A DNA stretch of 64,000 nt from Malacoraja senta (taxonomy: Eukaryota), in assembly GCA_038087875.1 (NCBI GenBank), contig CM075981.1, forward strand, positions 78,430,001 to 78,494,000, in the 5' to 3' direction. The stretch's first letter is position 1. Every line of letters starts with the position of its first letter. The notes beneath the pieces were generated by a model. That model was not told the DNA's origin. It worked only from the letters and a program-made list of their open reading frames with translations, and made no database searches. Made by a program: the position numbers and the translations under genes. Positions 1 through 12,246 of this stretch are shown in pieces.

Positions 1-324
1 TCGAGATGGCTCTGGATCAGGAGAGGAGGTCCATGGGGAGGAGCGAATGCCACCTGAACACAAGTTGTGGTCTGATCAACCACGGCAGGGTCGCCTGGCC
101 GAGGGTGTCTGAGGTTGAAAGACCCGAAACACCCAATGACCCCAGGTTACATCACTGATGATGTGTTCAGGAGCATCAATAGATGTATTTTGTTTTATCA
201 GTTTGTAGGAATGTGTGCAAATATGCAGCCATTTTACCAAAATGTGAACATGATTGCTTCACCAGCACTTCAGTATCAGTATACTGTTTTGAGACAGGGA
301 GCCCATACATTTTTCTTCTACATC
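1..324 (+). repeat. Exact duplicate of 8070-8393 (Hero 3' end plus unique flank)
   Basis: Identical by direct comparison at offset 8069; the ORF track repeats the same peptides at 115/8184 and 183/8252. Confidence 0.97.
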
Positions 325-524
325 NNNNNNNNNNNNNNNNNNNNNNNNNNNNNNNNNNNNNNNNNNNNNNNNNNNNNNNNNNNNNNNNNNNNNNNNNNNN
401 NNNNNNNNNNNNNNNNNNNNNNNNNNNNNNNNNNNNNNNNNNNNNNNNNNNNNNNNNNNNNNNNNNNNNNNNNNNNNNNNNNNNNNNNNNNNNNNNNNNN
501 NNNNNNNNNNNNNNNNNNNNNNNN
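325..524. other. Assembly gap (200 N)
   Basis: Run of 200 N. Confidence 1.
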
Positions 525-754
525 GGGTAGGAAGAAGCGATGGCGAGGCGCAGTTGGGGAGGGTTGCCGTGACTCGCGTCACAACGGGGATCTGGCATCA
601 CAACGGGAACCCATCAGCCACGTCTGCGCAGTGGGGGGCTATGGGTGAGAGGTGGAATATTCCGTTGGGGGAACGGGTGAGTGGTGGTACTGGGTTGCGT
701 TGGGGGAACGGGTGAGTGATGGAATATTGCGTTGGGGGAACTGGGCCCAACGGG

Positions 755-757
<3 letters not shown>
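525..757 (+). repeat. GC-rich interspersed repeat end with internal tandem units (CGTTGGGGGAAC x3); possibly the 3' part of a non-autonomous Helitron-like element
   Basis: Three degenerate ~30-35 bp units, followed by GGGCCCAACGGG and (TA)n; the class assignment is tentative. Confidence 0.4.

Positions 758-796
<39 letters not shown>
758..796. repeat. (TA)n microsatellite
   Basis: Direct observation. Confidence 0.98.
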
Positions 797-797
<1 letters not shown>

Positions 798-800
<3 letters not shown>

Positions 801-1731
801 CAGATTACTCAGCACTTTAACTCCCCCCCCCCCCCCCCCCCCCATTCCCAATCTGACCTTTCTGTCCTGGGTCTCCTCCATTGTCAGAGTGAGGTCCAGC
901 GCAAATTGGAGGAACAGGACCCCATATTTCGTACCTTACATCCCAGCGGTGTGAACATTGACTTCTCTAATTTCAAATAGCCCTTGCTTTCCCTCTCTCT
1001 CCATCCCCTCCCCTTTCCCAGTTCTCCCACCAGTCTTATTGTTTCCGATTACATTCTATCTCTGTCCTGCCCACTCCCCTGACATCAGTCTGAAGAAGCG
1101 TCTCGACCCGAAAAGGCAGTGAAGAAAGCGAATGGCATGTTGGCCTTCATAACAAGAGGAGTTCAGTATAGGAGCAAAGAGGTCCTTCTGCAGTTGTACA
1201 TGGCCCTAGTGAGACCACACCTGGAGTATTGAGTGCAGTTTTGGTCTCCAAATTTGAGGAAGGACATTCTTGCTATTGAGGGAGTGCAGCGTAGGTTCAC
1301 AAGGTTAATTCCCTGGATGGTGGGACACTCATATGCTGAGAGAATGGAGTGGCTGGGCTTGTATACCCGATGTTGGGGGAGTCCAGAACCAGGGGCCACA
1401 GTTTAAGAATAAGGCGTAAGCCATTTAGAACAAAGATGAGGAAACACCTTTTCACACATAGAGTTGTGAGTCTGTGGAATTCTCTGCCTCAGAGGGCGGT
1501 GGAGGCCGGTTCTATGAGTACTTTCAAGAGAGAGCTAGATAGGGCTCTTGAAGATAGCCGGAGTCTGGGGATATGGGGAGAAGGCATGAACGGGGTACTG
1601 ATTGCGGATGATCAGCCATGATCACATTGAATGGTGGTGCTGGCTTGAAGGGCCAAATGCCTTACACCTGCACCTATTGTCTATTGTCACCCATTCCTTC
1701 TCTCCAGAGATGCTGCCTGTCCTGCTGAGTT
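798..1731 (+). mobile_element. Penelope-like element 3' fragment (GIY-YIG C-terminus, hammerhead motif, tail), interrupted by a CR1 insertion
   Basis: HFNS..HSQSDLSVLGLLHCQSEVQRKLEEQ..IF..LHPSGVNIDFSNFK* resembles the end of a PLE endonuclease. CTGAAGA..GACCCGAAA at 1090-1113 resumes as GTCACCCATTCC at 1686. Confidence 0.75.
1115..1686 (+). mobile_element. CR1 LINE 3' fragment
   Basis: ORF2 C-terminal remnants (LVRPHLEY, RGHSLRI, LWNSLP), 3'UTR and CTATTGT tail. Confidence 0.9.
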
Positions 1732-2889
1732 ATATATATAATCCTCCATCTCCTACCATATCAAGCTTGAGAAGAATCTTGGAAGTGGAAGTGAAGTAAT
1801 AGTGAATGTGGTTGACCTCAGAAAAGGCTGCCCTTGGAGATCTAATGACGTCAGTGCATGGAGTTTCTCTTCATCTATGTTGGTTTCTTTTTATTAGGCC
1901 CCTCTGAAATCTGTCAACTTTGAATGTCAAAATGGCTAGAATAGCAACGTGTTAAACGTTCTCCAAGATTACAAACCTTGGAATGAATAAAACAGATTTA
2001 ACTGTGTTTTTAGTTTGTGAAATGAACATTAGAATGCACAGTATTTCACCTTGTGCCCAAAAAGTAACTCTCTCTTAAACATGTTGCATTTCGAAATATC
2101 TTAAAAAGTAGTTTTTATTTCAGGGCCAGTCTTCTTGCATTTGAGGCAGTAGAAGTCTGCAGCAGGGTGATGCCATCCTGTTCGACATCCGTAGGCGCAT
2201 GCTCCGAATTGGTGCCGAGCTGCGGCGCTACTGCTGTCTCTGTTTGTTGTCGTTCGCCTGACTGAGGTCAGTTGTCAGGGCTCACCACGGGGAGGTCGAC
2301 AACATGAGCCCCTTAGGGCCAGTGAGTTTGTTAGGCAGACTTTATTACTATGGTATTAAAATGTGCTTAGACTGTCAATATGTTTACAGGATAACAATTG
2401 CACCAAATAGTTCCCTTCAGATCACTGGTACTGAGTAAGGTATGCTGGGAAAGGTTGCCAAATGGCATACCCTATGTCAAGATGGGGAATTTCCAACAGC
2501 AACTTCTCATTTCCCAGTTTGGCAATATGTTGCAATGACCTGTCAGTTTCTCTCTTGTTGCAGATGCAAAATCTGGTTTTGAGTGTTTTCATGAAATCAC
2601 CTCCCATTCTTTGAAATTCTAGGGTATATGAACTGCCTGTTTCCTTTCAATTCCTAGGATTAGAATGCCTTTCCAAGAATCATTCCAGTGAAACTTTGTA
2701 GCATCCACTCTTGGGCAGAGCTTCCCAATAGACAGGTTGTAACTTGCTCAATGACCATGATGTACCTAACATATGGCTCAAATGTCTGATTTATGGCTAA
2801 GGTTGCCAGCCACGCCTTATGGTACAGGACATCAAGCACTAACGGCTGTATTCTCATCAACATGGCTTTGATATGGACTGGCTGTGCTG

Positions 2890-2949
2890 AATAACCCCAT
2901 TCTAACTGATGCTTCTTAAATAACCCCATTCTAACTGATGCTTCTTAAA
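2890..2949. repeat. Perfect 29-bp tandem duplication
   Basis: AATAACCCCATTCTAACTGATGCTTCTTA x2. Confidence 0.95.
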
Positions 2950-4674
2950 GGGAACGATTAGTGAAGTTGCAAGGCTATCTACTTGAAGTGTAAGAGACTG
3001 TATTGAATTGCTGGTACAATAAATGCAGAGAAATTCATGTACTCTATTATATGCCATTTTTTGGAATAAGGAAAGGCTGCCTGCAGTGAATTGCGAAGCT
3101 GTATGCCGCATAGTGATCAGAAAGAACAGTGGGAGGTTGTTGCGTCCATGTAATGGACAGCCTCTATTACCCTGCCACCTTACCACTTGCTTCACCATCA
3201 CCACACCTCCCCCATATCTTTGCTTTATAGCATTCTCCTCCCTGCTTATTTTCCCAGCTAGCTTTGTATCAATGCGAAACTTTGTGTTACATTTTGTCCT
3301 GTCATTTGAACATTTACCGTAAATCATAAACAATCAAAATCCAATCATTAAACCCACAAGTTACAATGTGACAAAAATGACCCATTTATTCTTCTTTGTG
3401 TTTTCATTAACCAATTTCTAAGCTGTATTGCCTCCATTTCTAAGAGACCCGGTTTTGTATAATGGTACCTTATGCGATGAAATTCTTCATCCAGCACACG
3501 CTCAAAAGTAACTAACAAATGAATTAAACATTTGTCAAATTTTTTGAGTAATATTTATACTTTTAAGTGTTGATTTCCACCCTCACCTCACTGTCCTTAA
3601 TGAGTGTCATTTTCTGTGCTACCAATTTTAGGGCAGCTAGTTTATAGTTTATTTACTCTTCCCTTCTTTGTGAAAAGTCGAATTGGAAGAAATCAAAATG
3701 AAAGTTCTTGCTCTGCATCCTCTTGGTATTTTTTTGTTAATATATAGGCATTGCGAGCTGAGATGAGAGAATATTTTGGAAGAGAGCATTGTCATAAGTG
3801 GGAAGGGAAGTTGGTATCCCTTAATCGGGTAGCTGAAATGAGAAGAATATGGGGAGATGAGATAAATAATAAATACCATAATCTAATAAATCTAACAGTT
3901 TGGGATTTATAAAAGTTTGGAAGCTGAAATGTCTGAAATATTATCTTGGATTGCTGTTTATATGGTGGGGAGTGTTGGTGAAACATAATGTATAATCAAG
4001 TTAAATTTGTATGGGAGAAACTGGCTGAGTTTTGTCCCAAACATCAACAGGTCTCCAACCTTACCCACCCATCAAAGCCAAAGTCCTGTTGAAGCCTTAT
4101 ATATTTTGTTAACAACTGGATGAAAAATGTTTCCCCTCTTAATATTTTGCACTTTACCCTAACTCTACGTCCTTTAGTTTCTCCTGTCTACCCTATCTAT
4201 ACCGCTCATGTTTTTACATACCTCAAATTATTCTTGCGATGTGACTGAGCATCCAGCAATAAAGGCTTGTCCTAATTGATAGATTCGTTTTAGGAATGGC
4301 AACATTTTGAAAATCAACTTTAATTGCTGAAAATAAGTAGTGTTTATGCTGTTACACGGCAAGGTGAATGAGTCCGAGAGCAATGGAAGAATATGTTGAC
4401 ACTTGGAGATTAAGTTTACATAACAACATCGCACAGAACTAGCCCACTTGGTCCGGCAGGTCTATCTGGTTATTAATCTTGCTTTATCAACACTCCTATT
4501 TTCTGCAGACTTGTGTGACGCTCTTATGTGATACTCATTAACTTTGCAAATTAAGACCGGTTAAACCAAGATCCCATGAACCTTTAAAGAAGAACAGGAG
4601 AGAAATTTCTTATCCTGACCGATATCTCTCAATCAGCATCACTAAGATTGATTATCTGCTCATTACTATATTAT

Positions 4675-7600
4675 GCATCAATAGGTGTATTTTTTATCAA
4701 TTACTGTGCTGGCGAAACCAGTGGCAACCAGGAATAGACTGGTTAACAACCAAGAATAGGGTGGTGACGACTGGAGAGACAGTGGACAGCTCGGAAAGAC
4801 GGCAACCGGGGCGGGGCGTGTTGGCAGCCCAAACTGCATCCTCTGAGAGGAGGAGACCCAAATCACGCTACAGAAAAACACATAGAAAAATAACCCCAGG
4901 GGTGCCCGAGAGGGGGGGAGGATGAGCACCCCCAATTTCACGTATCAAAGGCTAATGACTAATGGCAATGGACAACCGACTATGAGTATCACATGCAGAT
5001 GTGGAAAGGTCTGCAAGAACAGCTGAGGCCTGAAGATTCACCAGAGCCGGATGAAGTGTTTGGAGGGAAAGGGAGTGTCACATCACACAGGTATTTTACC
5101 TGGTGAGACGCAGGAGGAGCCGGGCCCGGAAGCACCCCATAGAGCCCGAAGCCTCCAAGTGGCGTAACTAGTCCCTCAGAACAGACCTCCGGAGAAGGTT
5201 CGAGTCAAATGGCCACAGGCAGTCTGGCATCAGTTCGACGAGGACGTCGACAAGGTGCTAGAAGCAACTGCGAAGGGAGGCGTGGATCGAAGGCTGCGGA
5301 CGATGACGACAATCATCAGCCTAGCTGTGGAAAGGTTTGGAGCAGTGGAGAAGAAGCCGGCCAGAACACCTTTCACATTGAACCAAAGAGCAACAAAGAT
5401 CCACAAAATCCAGCAGGAGCTGAAGTCCCTCAAGAAGCAGTATAAAGAGGCCAGTGAAGAGCAACGTCCCCCCTTGGCTGAACTGTGAACCATACTGAGG
5501 AAGAAGCTGCTGACCTTCCGCAGAGCTGAGTGACACCGAAGACGCCGGAAGGAAAGAGCCAGGAAGTGAGCATCCTTCATAGCCAACCCCTTCGGCTTCA
5601 CCAAACAACTGCTAGGGCAGAAGCGCAGTGGGAGTTTGGCTTGCTCTAAGGAGGAGATCGACTGGCACATCCAGACGACCTACAGCTACCCCGTCAGACA
5701 GCAGGAGCTGGGTCAGTGCAACATCCTGATAAAATCACCTCCACCCATCAAGGAGTTTGATAGTAGGGAGCCACTCCTGAAAGAGGTCCAGGAGGTTATG
5801 AAGAGAGCAAGATCTGGCTCAGCCCCTGGCCCGAGCAGAGTCCCCTACAGAGAACTGCCCCTTGTTACTGAAATGGCTGTGGAAGATCCTGAAAGTCATC
5901 TGGAGGAGAGGGAAAGCGGCGCAAAAGTGGCGATTCGCTGAAGGAGTCAGGATTCCCAAGGAAGAAGATTACAAGAAGATCGATCAGTTAAGGATCATCT
6001 CCTTGTTAAACGTTGAAGGCAAGATCTTCTTCAGCATAGTGGCGAGGCGGCTGACCAACTTCCTCTCCAGCAATGGCTACATCGACAGCTCAGTGCAAAA
6101 GGGAGGCTTGTCTGGAGTGCCAGAGTGTCTAGAGCACACGGGAGTGGTGACCCAGCTCATCAAGAGAAGCCAGGGAGAACAAGGGAGACCTGACAGTGCT
6201 CTGCTTGACTTGGCCAACGCCTACGGCTCCATCCCGCACAAGCTGATCCAGACAGTCATGGCCAAGCATCATGTGCCGGGCCAAGTGGCAGATCTCATCC
6301 TGGACTATTACAACCAGTTCAGCATGAGAGTCTCATCAGGGTCAGTAACATCAGAGTAGCACAGACTGGAGATAATCACAGGCTGTACCATCTCTGTGAT
6401 CCTTTTTGCCTTGGCGATGAACATGATCGTCAAGTCTGCTGAGCCAGAGTGCCGGGACCCTCGGACCAAGTCAGGAATGCGCCAACCACCAATCAGAGCC
6501 TTCCTGGACGACCTGACTGTCACGAATGAGTCAGTGCCAGGAGGCAGGTGGATCCTGCAGGGGTTGGAGAACCTGATTGGATGGGCAAGGATGAGGTTTA
6601 AGCCAGGAAAATCAAGGTCACTGGTGCTGATGAAGTGCAAAGTCATGGACAGGTTCTGCTTCAGCATCGAAGGGACACCAATCCCAACTGTCTCCGAAAG
6701 GCCATTGAAGAGTCTTGGCAAGGTGTTTAACAGCAGCCTGAAGGATACAGTATCAGTCCAGGCAACCTGTCAGGAACTGGAGAGCTGGTTGAGAGCAGTG
6801 GACCGGTCGAGACTTTCCGGCAAGTTCAAGGCATGGATTTACCTATCCATCATAGAGAGATTGGAGAGGAAAGTCAGCAGCTTTCTCAGGAGGTGGCTGG
6901 GACTGCCCAGGAGCCTTTGCAGCATTGCCCTTTACGGAAACAACACCAAGCTCCAGCTGTCTCTGAAGTCCTTGGAGGAGGAGTTTAAGGTGACTCGGGC
7001 CAGACAATTGATGCTGTACAGGGACTCCAGCGACCCCAAGGTGGCTCAGGCAGGGGTGGAGTTGAAAACTGGGAGGAAGTGGAGAGCCGGCGAAGCCGTG
7101 CTGCAAGCGGAGTCTCGGATACGCCACAGAGTCCTGGTGGGAGCAGTGACTCGGGGAAGAGCTGGTTTGGGAATCTTCCCAACTCCCCAGTTTGACAAGG
7201 CCAAGGGGAAGGAGAGGCGCAGGCTGGTCCAGGAGGAAGTGAGGGCAACGGTGGAGGAGGAGAGGTCTACCAGAGTGGTTGGCTTGAGGCAGCAGGGGGC
7301 CTGGACAAGGTGGGAGCAGGCCATGGACCGAAAAGTCACATGGACTGAGCTCTGGCAGGCTGAACCACAGCGCATCAAGTTCCTGGTCCAGGCAGTGTAC
7401 GATGTCCTGCCCAGCCCATCAAACCTCTTCATCTGGGGCAAAGCGTAATCTCCTGATTGCCCGCAATGCTCAGGCAAGGGGACGTTGGAACACATCCTGA
7501 ACTGCTGCCCAAAGGCTCTTGGGCAGGGCCGGTACACCTGGCGTCACGACCAGGTTCTTAAACCCATTGCAGAAGCCATCAGCATGGGAATCAGCAGTTG

Positions 7601-8269
7601 CAGACGAGCACGCCCCACCACCCAGATGATCACCTTCATGAAGGCCGGAGTGTAGCTGCCAAGAACCACAGCAGCCAGGAATCCGTCAGGAATCTTGGCG
7701 ACTGCGCAGGACTGGCAGCGTTCTGTAGACCTGGTGAAACAGCTGACGTTCCCACAGCACATTGCCACGACCACCCTGAGGCCAGATATCCTCCTGGTCT
7801 CAGAGGCAACCAAAAATATTGTCTTGTTGGAACTGACAGTGCCGTGAGAGGACCGTCTGGAGGAGGCCCACGAGAGGAAGATGACCAAGTACGAAGAGCT
7901 GATCATAGACTGCCGTAAGCAGGGCTGGAAGGCAAGGTGTATGCCCATCGAGGTTGGCTGCAGAGGTTTTGCAGGGCAATTGCTCTACAAAGCCTTGAGT
8001 GCACTGGGCATCAAGGGAATGGAGAGGACAAGAGCCATCAAGAACACCACAGAGGCAGCGGAGAAGGCCTCGAGATGGCTCTGGATCAGGAGAGGAGGTC
8101 CATGGGGAGGAGCGAATGCCACCTGAACACAAGTTGTGGTCTGATCAACCACGGCAGGGTCGCCTGGCCGAGGGTGTCTGAGGTTGAAAGACCCGAAACA
8201 CCCAATGACCCCAGGTTACATCACTGATGATGTGTTCAGGAGCATCAATAGATGTATTTTGTTTTATCA
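4675..8269 (+). mobile_element. Near full-length, inactivated Hero-type (R2 superfamily, restriction-like endonuclease) non-LTR retrotransposon
   Basis: GC-rich 3.6-kb block: N-terminal Zn finger (CRCGKVCKN..GLKIH), RT motifs (ISLLNVEGKIF, LDLANAYGSIPH, GCTIS, AFLDDL), C-terminal CPQC..GTLEHILNCC, RHD, RPDI..ELTV..K..KY endonuclease, and a structured 3' end. The Hero assignment is by recognition. Confidence 0.88.
4955..8126 (+). pseudogene. Disrupted single ORF (ZnF-RT-RLE) of the Hero element
   Basis: ORF-track pieces 5255-5488, 5636-5941, 5862-6359, 6396-7448 and 7881-8126 are separated by in-frame stops and frameshifts, with small internal deletions. Confidence 0.88.
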
Positions 8270-11200
8270 GTTTGTAGGAATGTGTGCAAATATGCAGCCA
8301 TTTTACCAAAATGTGAACATGATTGCTTCACCAGCACTTCAGTATCAGTATACTGTTTTGAGACAGGGAGCCCATACATTTTTCTTCTACATCCCCTTAA
8401 GTATATAGTTTATTCTTCAATGTTAATTGTTTCAAGAGCTGCTGGTCATAATTATGATATGAGTAATAATGACCACCTGAATTTGTTAGGTCTGTTTAAC
8501 TTTATCTCCAAAATTATGCCCCTGCCCCCAAATGCAGACTGGCCCCTATCCGTCAAGGCAGCATTGATTATATTGTCTGCAAATATTGTCCAAATTAGGT
8601 AGGCTGAAGGGATGTATCTACTCCTGGACAGTGTTTTATAATGTGAAGTGAAAGAGTTTGTTTGCAGTATATGCATACTTAAACGTGTTGGGCAGAGTGA
8701 CCAGTTTCTATATAGTAAATAGTATGTAATAATGTGAATAGATGTTCTTATAAGCACGGAGCTTGCTTTCTAATGGAGTAATTTGAAATGTACCAAGTAA
8801 GTCATGCCCTTTGTATGGCCCTACAAATATAATTTATTTTCTCACTATATTTGCCAGCTGAATTCATACAACTGCGACGTTGAATTGTGGTTAACAAAAA
8901 TATTGTTTGATTTTTGGATAGAACAGAGAAGAATGCATAGAATAAACACAGCTTCATAGTCAATTTAGATTGCTTCCTTCACATGCTGACTAAAAGGATT
9001 GTTTTTTAACAAAAAATGTGCCTGTCATGAAGGTTAATGGTGGCATTATAACTAAACAATTTAGAGGAGGCGGTTGTACATCGTGGCTGGTACAACCATC
9101 ACAAGAACTGCTTCTCTTCAATAATATAATCCCTTAGGGAAAGTTAATGAGAGTATTGATTTATCTAAGCCTAATTGGTTTTCAAATTTATATTTTATGC
9201 AAAATGAGGTGGAAATGGCAAATAATTCCCTACTTTCTTTAATAAAACTTTTATTGAAAATAAAATTATGTCACTAATCCCAGTGATACCTTTCAAATTG
9301 CTAATATACTGTTAATTTGCTGCTTGAAATACTTTATGCTCTTAATTACTTAGTTAATTTGAGTGGGAAAAGCAAGGAAGAATGAGAAAATCATTACTGT
9401 GATTCTCAAATTTTTTCTCAGCATGATTAGCTGAAATAACACTCTTTAATAGGCATATCTGCTCATTAAAAATGTAGTGGGCGAACTTTCAAAATAACAG
9501 AACTGAACTTGCTACTACACACCTGTGAAAGTTATTTTAACTGAATCACTGAAACATTTGAGAAAGACATCTTCTAGAAACCGGTGCGTGCCAAACTTAG
9601 GATCTTGTAATGTACAGTAGCTCAATTCTATTTTAACTTGGCAAAGCTATAATGTTTGTCATAGAAACTGACCAAGAGAAATTTTTAAAATGCAACTTCA
9701 GGATAGGTATTCAATTTTAGAAATGTTTGTGCAGATGTTTTAAGGACTTCCAAAGCTACCATGTTAATGATCCACAACCTCATGCCAAGAGCAGTCTTCA
9801 TATTCCTGCTACTGACATATGGACCAACAAGTCTGCCTTTTTTAAATGCTCTGTGCCAATTTTCTCAAAAAGGGCAGCCAGATCCAAGTGGGCAAAACCC
9901 TACTTAATGCGGGGCCATGCATGATGCCAGGATCTTGTGTGAGAACCAGGTGACATTTTGACAGTCATGCCTCCAGGCTTTGCTGATTGTCAATGTTGAA
10001 TTAACGAAGGATTGCAAATTATCCTTGCCCTTCTCCCATATGGGTGTGCCCCTCCATTGGAATAAATGGCTTTGAAATGTTTCTGCCCTGACCATCGGGT
10101 AACTGTCAGGTCAGGGGTGGGGAACCTTTTCATGTTGGAACGTCGCATTAAGTAGCGGTAATCTAATAAGGCCGCATCCAAGAAACTTCAATTAAATATG
10201 CCTCAAAATGTACATTATTTTGTACAAATCTAACAACTATGTACTAACTTCAAGAAAATGAAACATTTTGTTAATTCTAAAGTTAACTAATCTTTTAATG
10301 ACTTTGTTGTGACTGCTTTTTGTGGGAAAGCATTTAAATGTTTTGGTTGCAACATGGAGGTACACAGTTTCAGCTGATCTTGATGGGTATCCGTCATTTG
10401 TGACCTTAAGGCCGTCTTGATTTGGGTTAGGTAGGAGAATGTAGATTCGCAGCAATACATAGTTGAAAAGCATGTATTTTGTTGAATCTTCTTTTACTCT
10501 TTGGTATTTTAAATACGTTCATTTTAAGATAAAAATAAAAATAATAAAAGATGAACAAAAACATTTAAATAAAAATAAAAGGATTTGTTCTACAAATTTG
10601 GATTCATTCAAAAGGCCGCAGGTTCCCCACCCCTGTGTCAGGTGAAGCACAGCTGTCATGAACAACCTGATGCTTATGCAGGTGGTGGGAAAGGTAAAAG
10701 TCAGTAGTACGGTGCAAAGCTATTCATATTTCATATCACATTTTCTCATTTTATGGCTTCACTTACTTTGGCTCATTACTCTGTTTCTCACACGTGGAAA
10801 AGGGGGAGCAAAGCAGTGAAACATTTGAATTGAGTCTTAAGTCCCAGACCTTTGTGGACTGTCACTGCCCCTGTACTCGAGTATTACTATGAACAAAGGA
10901 GGAGTTGAAAATCATAGCTTTAAGTAATGAATCACAAATGGTAATGGAACAGCTTGAGAACTGTGATAATCATGGTGTTTGAGGAACAAAAATTAAGTCT
11001 CCAAGGTATGTGATTGAACCAACATTATAACTGAAGTGATAAAGGATTTGACTTCAATGAGATAAAAGTTTTCAACTGATAAATCAACAGACAAATTGGG
11101 GAAGCTGTTGAAAGGTAATTGGTAAATTACAATATTTATAAAATAAAGATCCTGTCAGCTTTCATGAGCTCAGGGTGACCTTAAGTTTCAGTTGTTAAAT

Positions 11201-12119
11201 CAAGGTTTGTTAGAACAGTTTGGAGGAATGACAATGAAGTAGCTTGAAAAATGAAGATGGGGCTAGTAAGGAATATCAAATTTCTGATTATAGCAGGTTG
11301 ATGTGGCTGTTAAAATGAGGGAGCCTTAATCCACATCCTTTTGTTATCTTGCATGCATTTTTGGAAAATTTATGTTGCATTTGAATTAACTTTTTTTTAT
11401 AAAAGCCTGATCAGAAAAAATTGGACAAAATCATCAAGTTGTGATGAATTGTGCCTCTGTACTTGATCAGTGCAACAAATATTTAACAAGTAAATATAAT
11501 TCAGCAACACATCCGATCCAGCAGTAATGTATGATTTAAAAAAAAATTGTATCTAAATTTTTCAGCTTTGCCTTACAAGAAAGTATAAATCGTAGTCATA
11601 TATACATAGTGAGTTTACATTAATTGTGTAATTAAGACTGTTTTAAAGTTGGATCGTTAAGTTATTGAAGTGTTTTATTTAAATATTTGATGTATATTTT
11701 TGGATTGTTCTAGATTGGAATTTTAAAACATTTATTTCTGACATAAAACGGATAAGATTGATGTTAAAAGTAAATACTTGTTAGGTTCGGTGTAAGTTGC
11801 AAATATTCGAATTGACAATGTGGCCATTTCTGAAGAAAACTGATGTAGTGGACAGCATCGTTATTCATTTGCCTGTTGAATAACACTGGCTGGATTTAAA
11901 CTAGAATATCAAATGGAAGGTTAAAATTTGAGGTACTTTATTTTACCCAAAATATTCTTGTCACTTGTGCATGAGATGTTGAGAAGCTGCCCAATTGCTG
12001 GGCAATTATGGGGCAGAGTCTTTATCAAGTTAGACTTGTTGTAGATTAAACTGCAATATTTATTCAATGCTGAGAAATGGCCCAAAGTGAGATAATTAAG
12101 TAAACACATAATCATCCAA

Positions 12120-12246
12120 AAGGTCATAAGTGATAGGAGCATAGTTAGGCCATTTGGCCCATCAAGTCTGCTCCGCCATTCAATCATGGCTGATCTATCT
12201 CTCCCTCCTAACCCCATTCTCCTGCCTTGCTGACACCTGTACTAAC
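12120..12246 (-). mobile_element. CR1 3'UTR fragment
   Basis: Reverse complement of the CR1 3' end seen at 28740-28856. Confidence 0.8.

Noticed and set aside
115-648. ORFs spanning the N gap
   Set aside because: Artefacts of translating through Ns and the Hero 3'UTR.
5230-8132. Antisense and alternate-frame ORFs over the Hero element
   Set aside because: Shadows of a GC-rich coding sequence with no recognisable motifs.
8170-8235. Hammerhead ribozyme in the Hero 3'UTR (CTGA..CGAAA, CTGATGA)
   Set aside because: The first CTGA lacks the NGA of the core, and CTGATGA lies within a simple hairpin; a three-stem junction could not be built.
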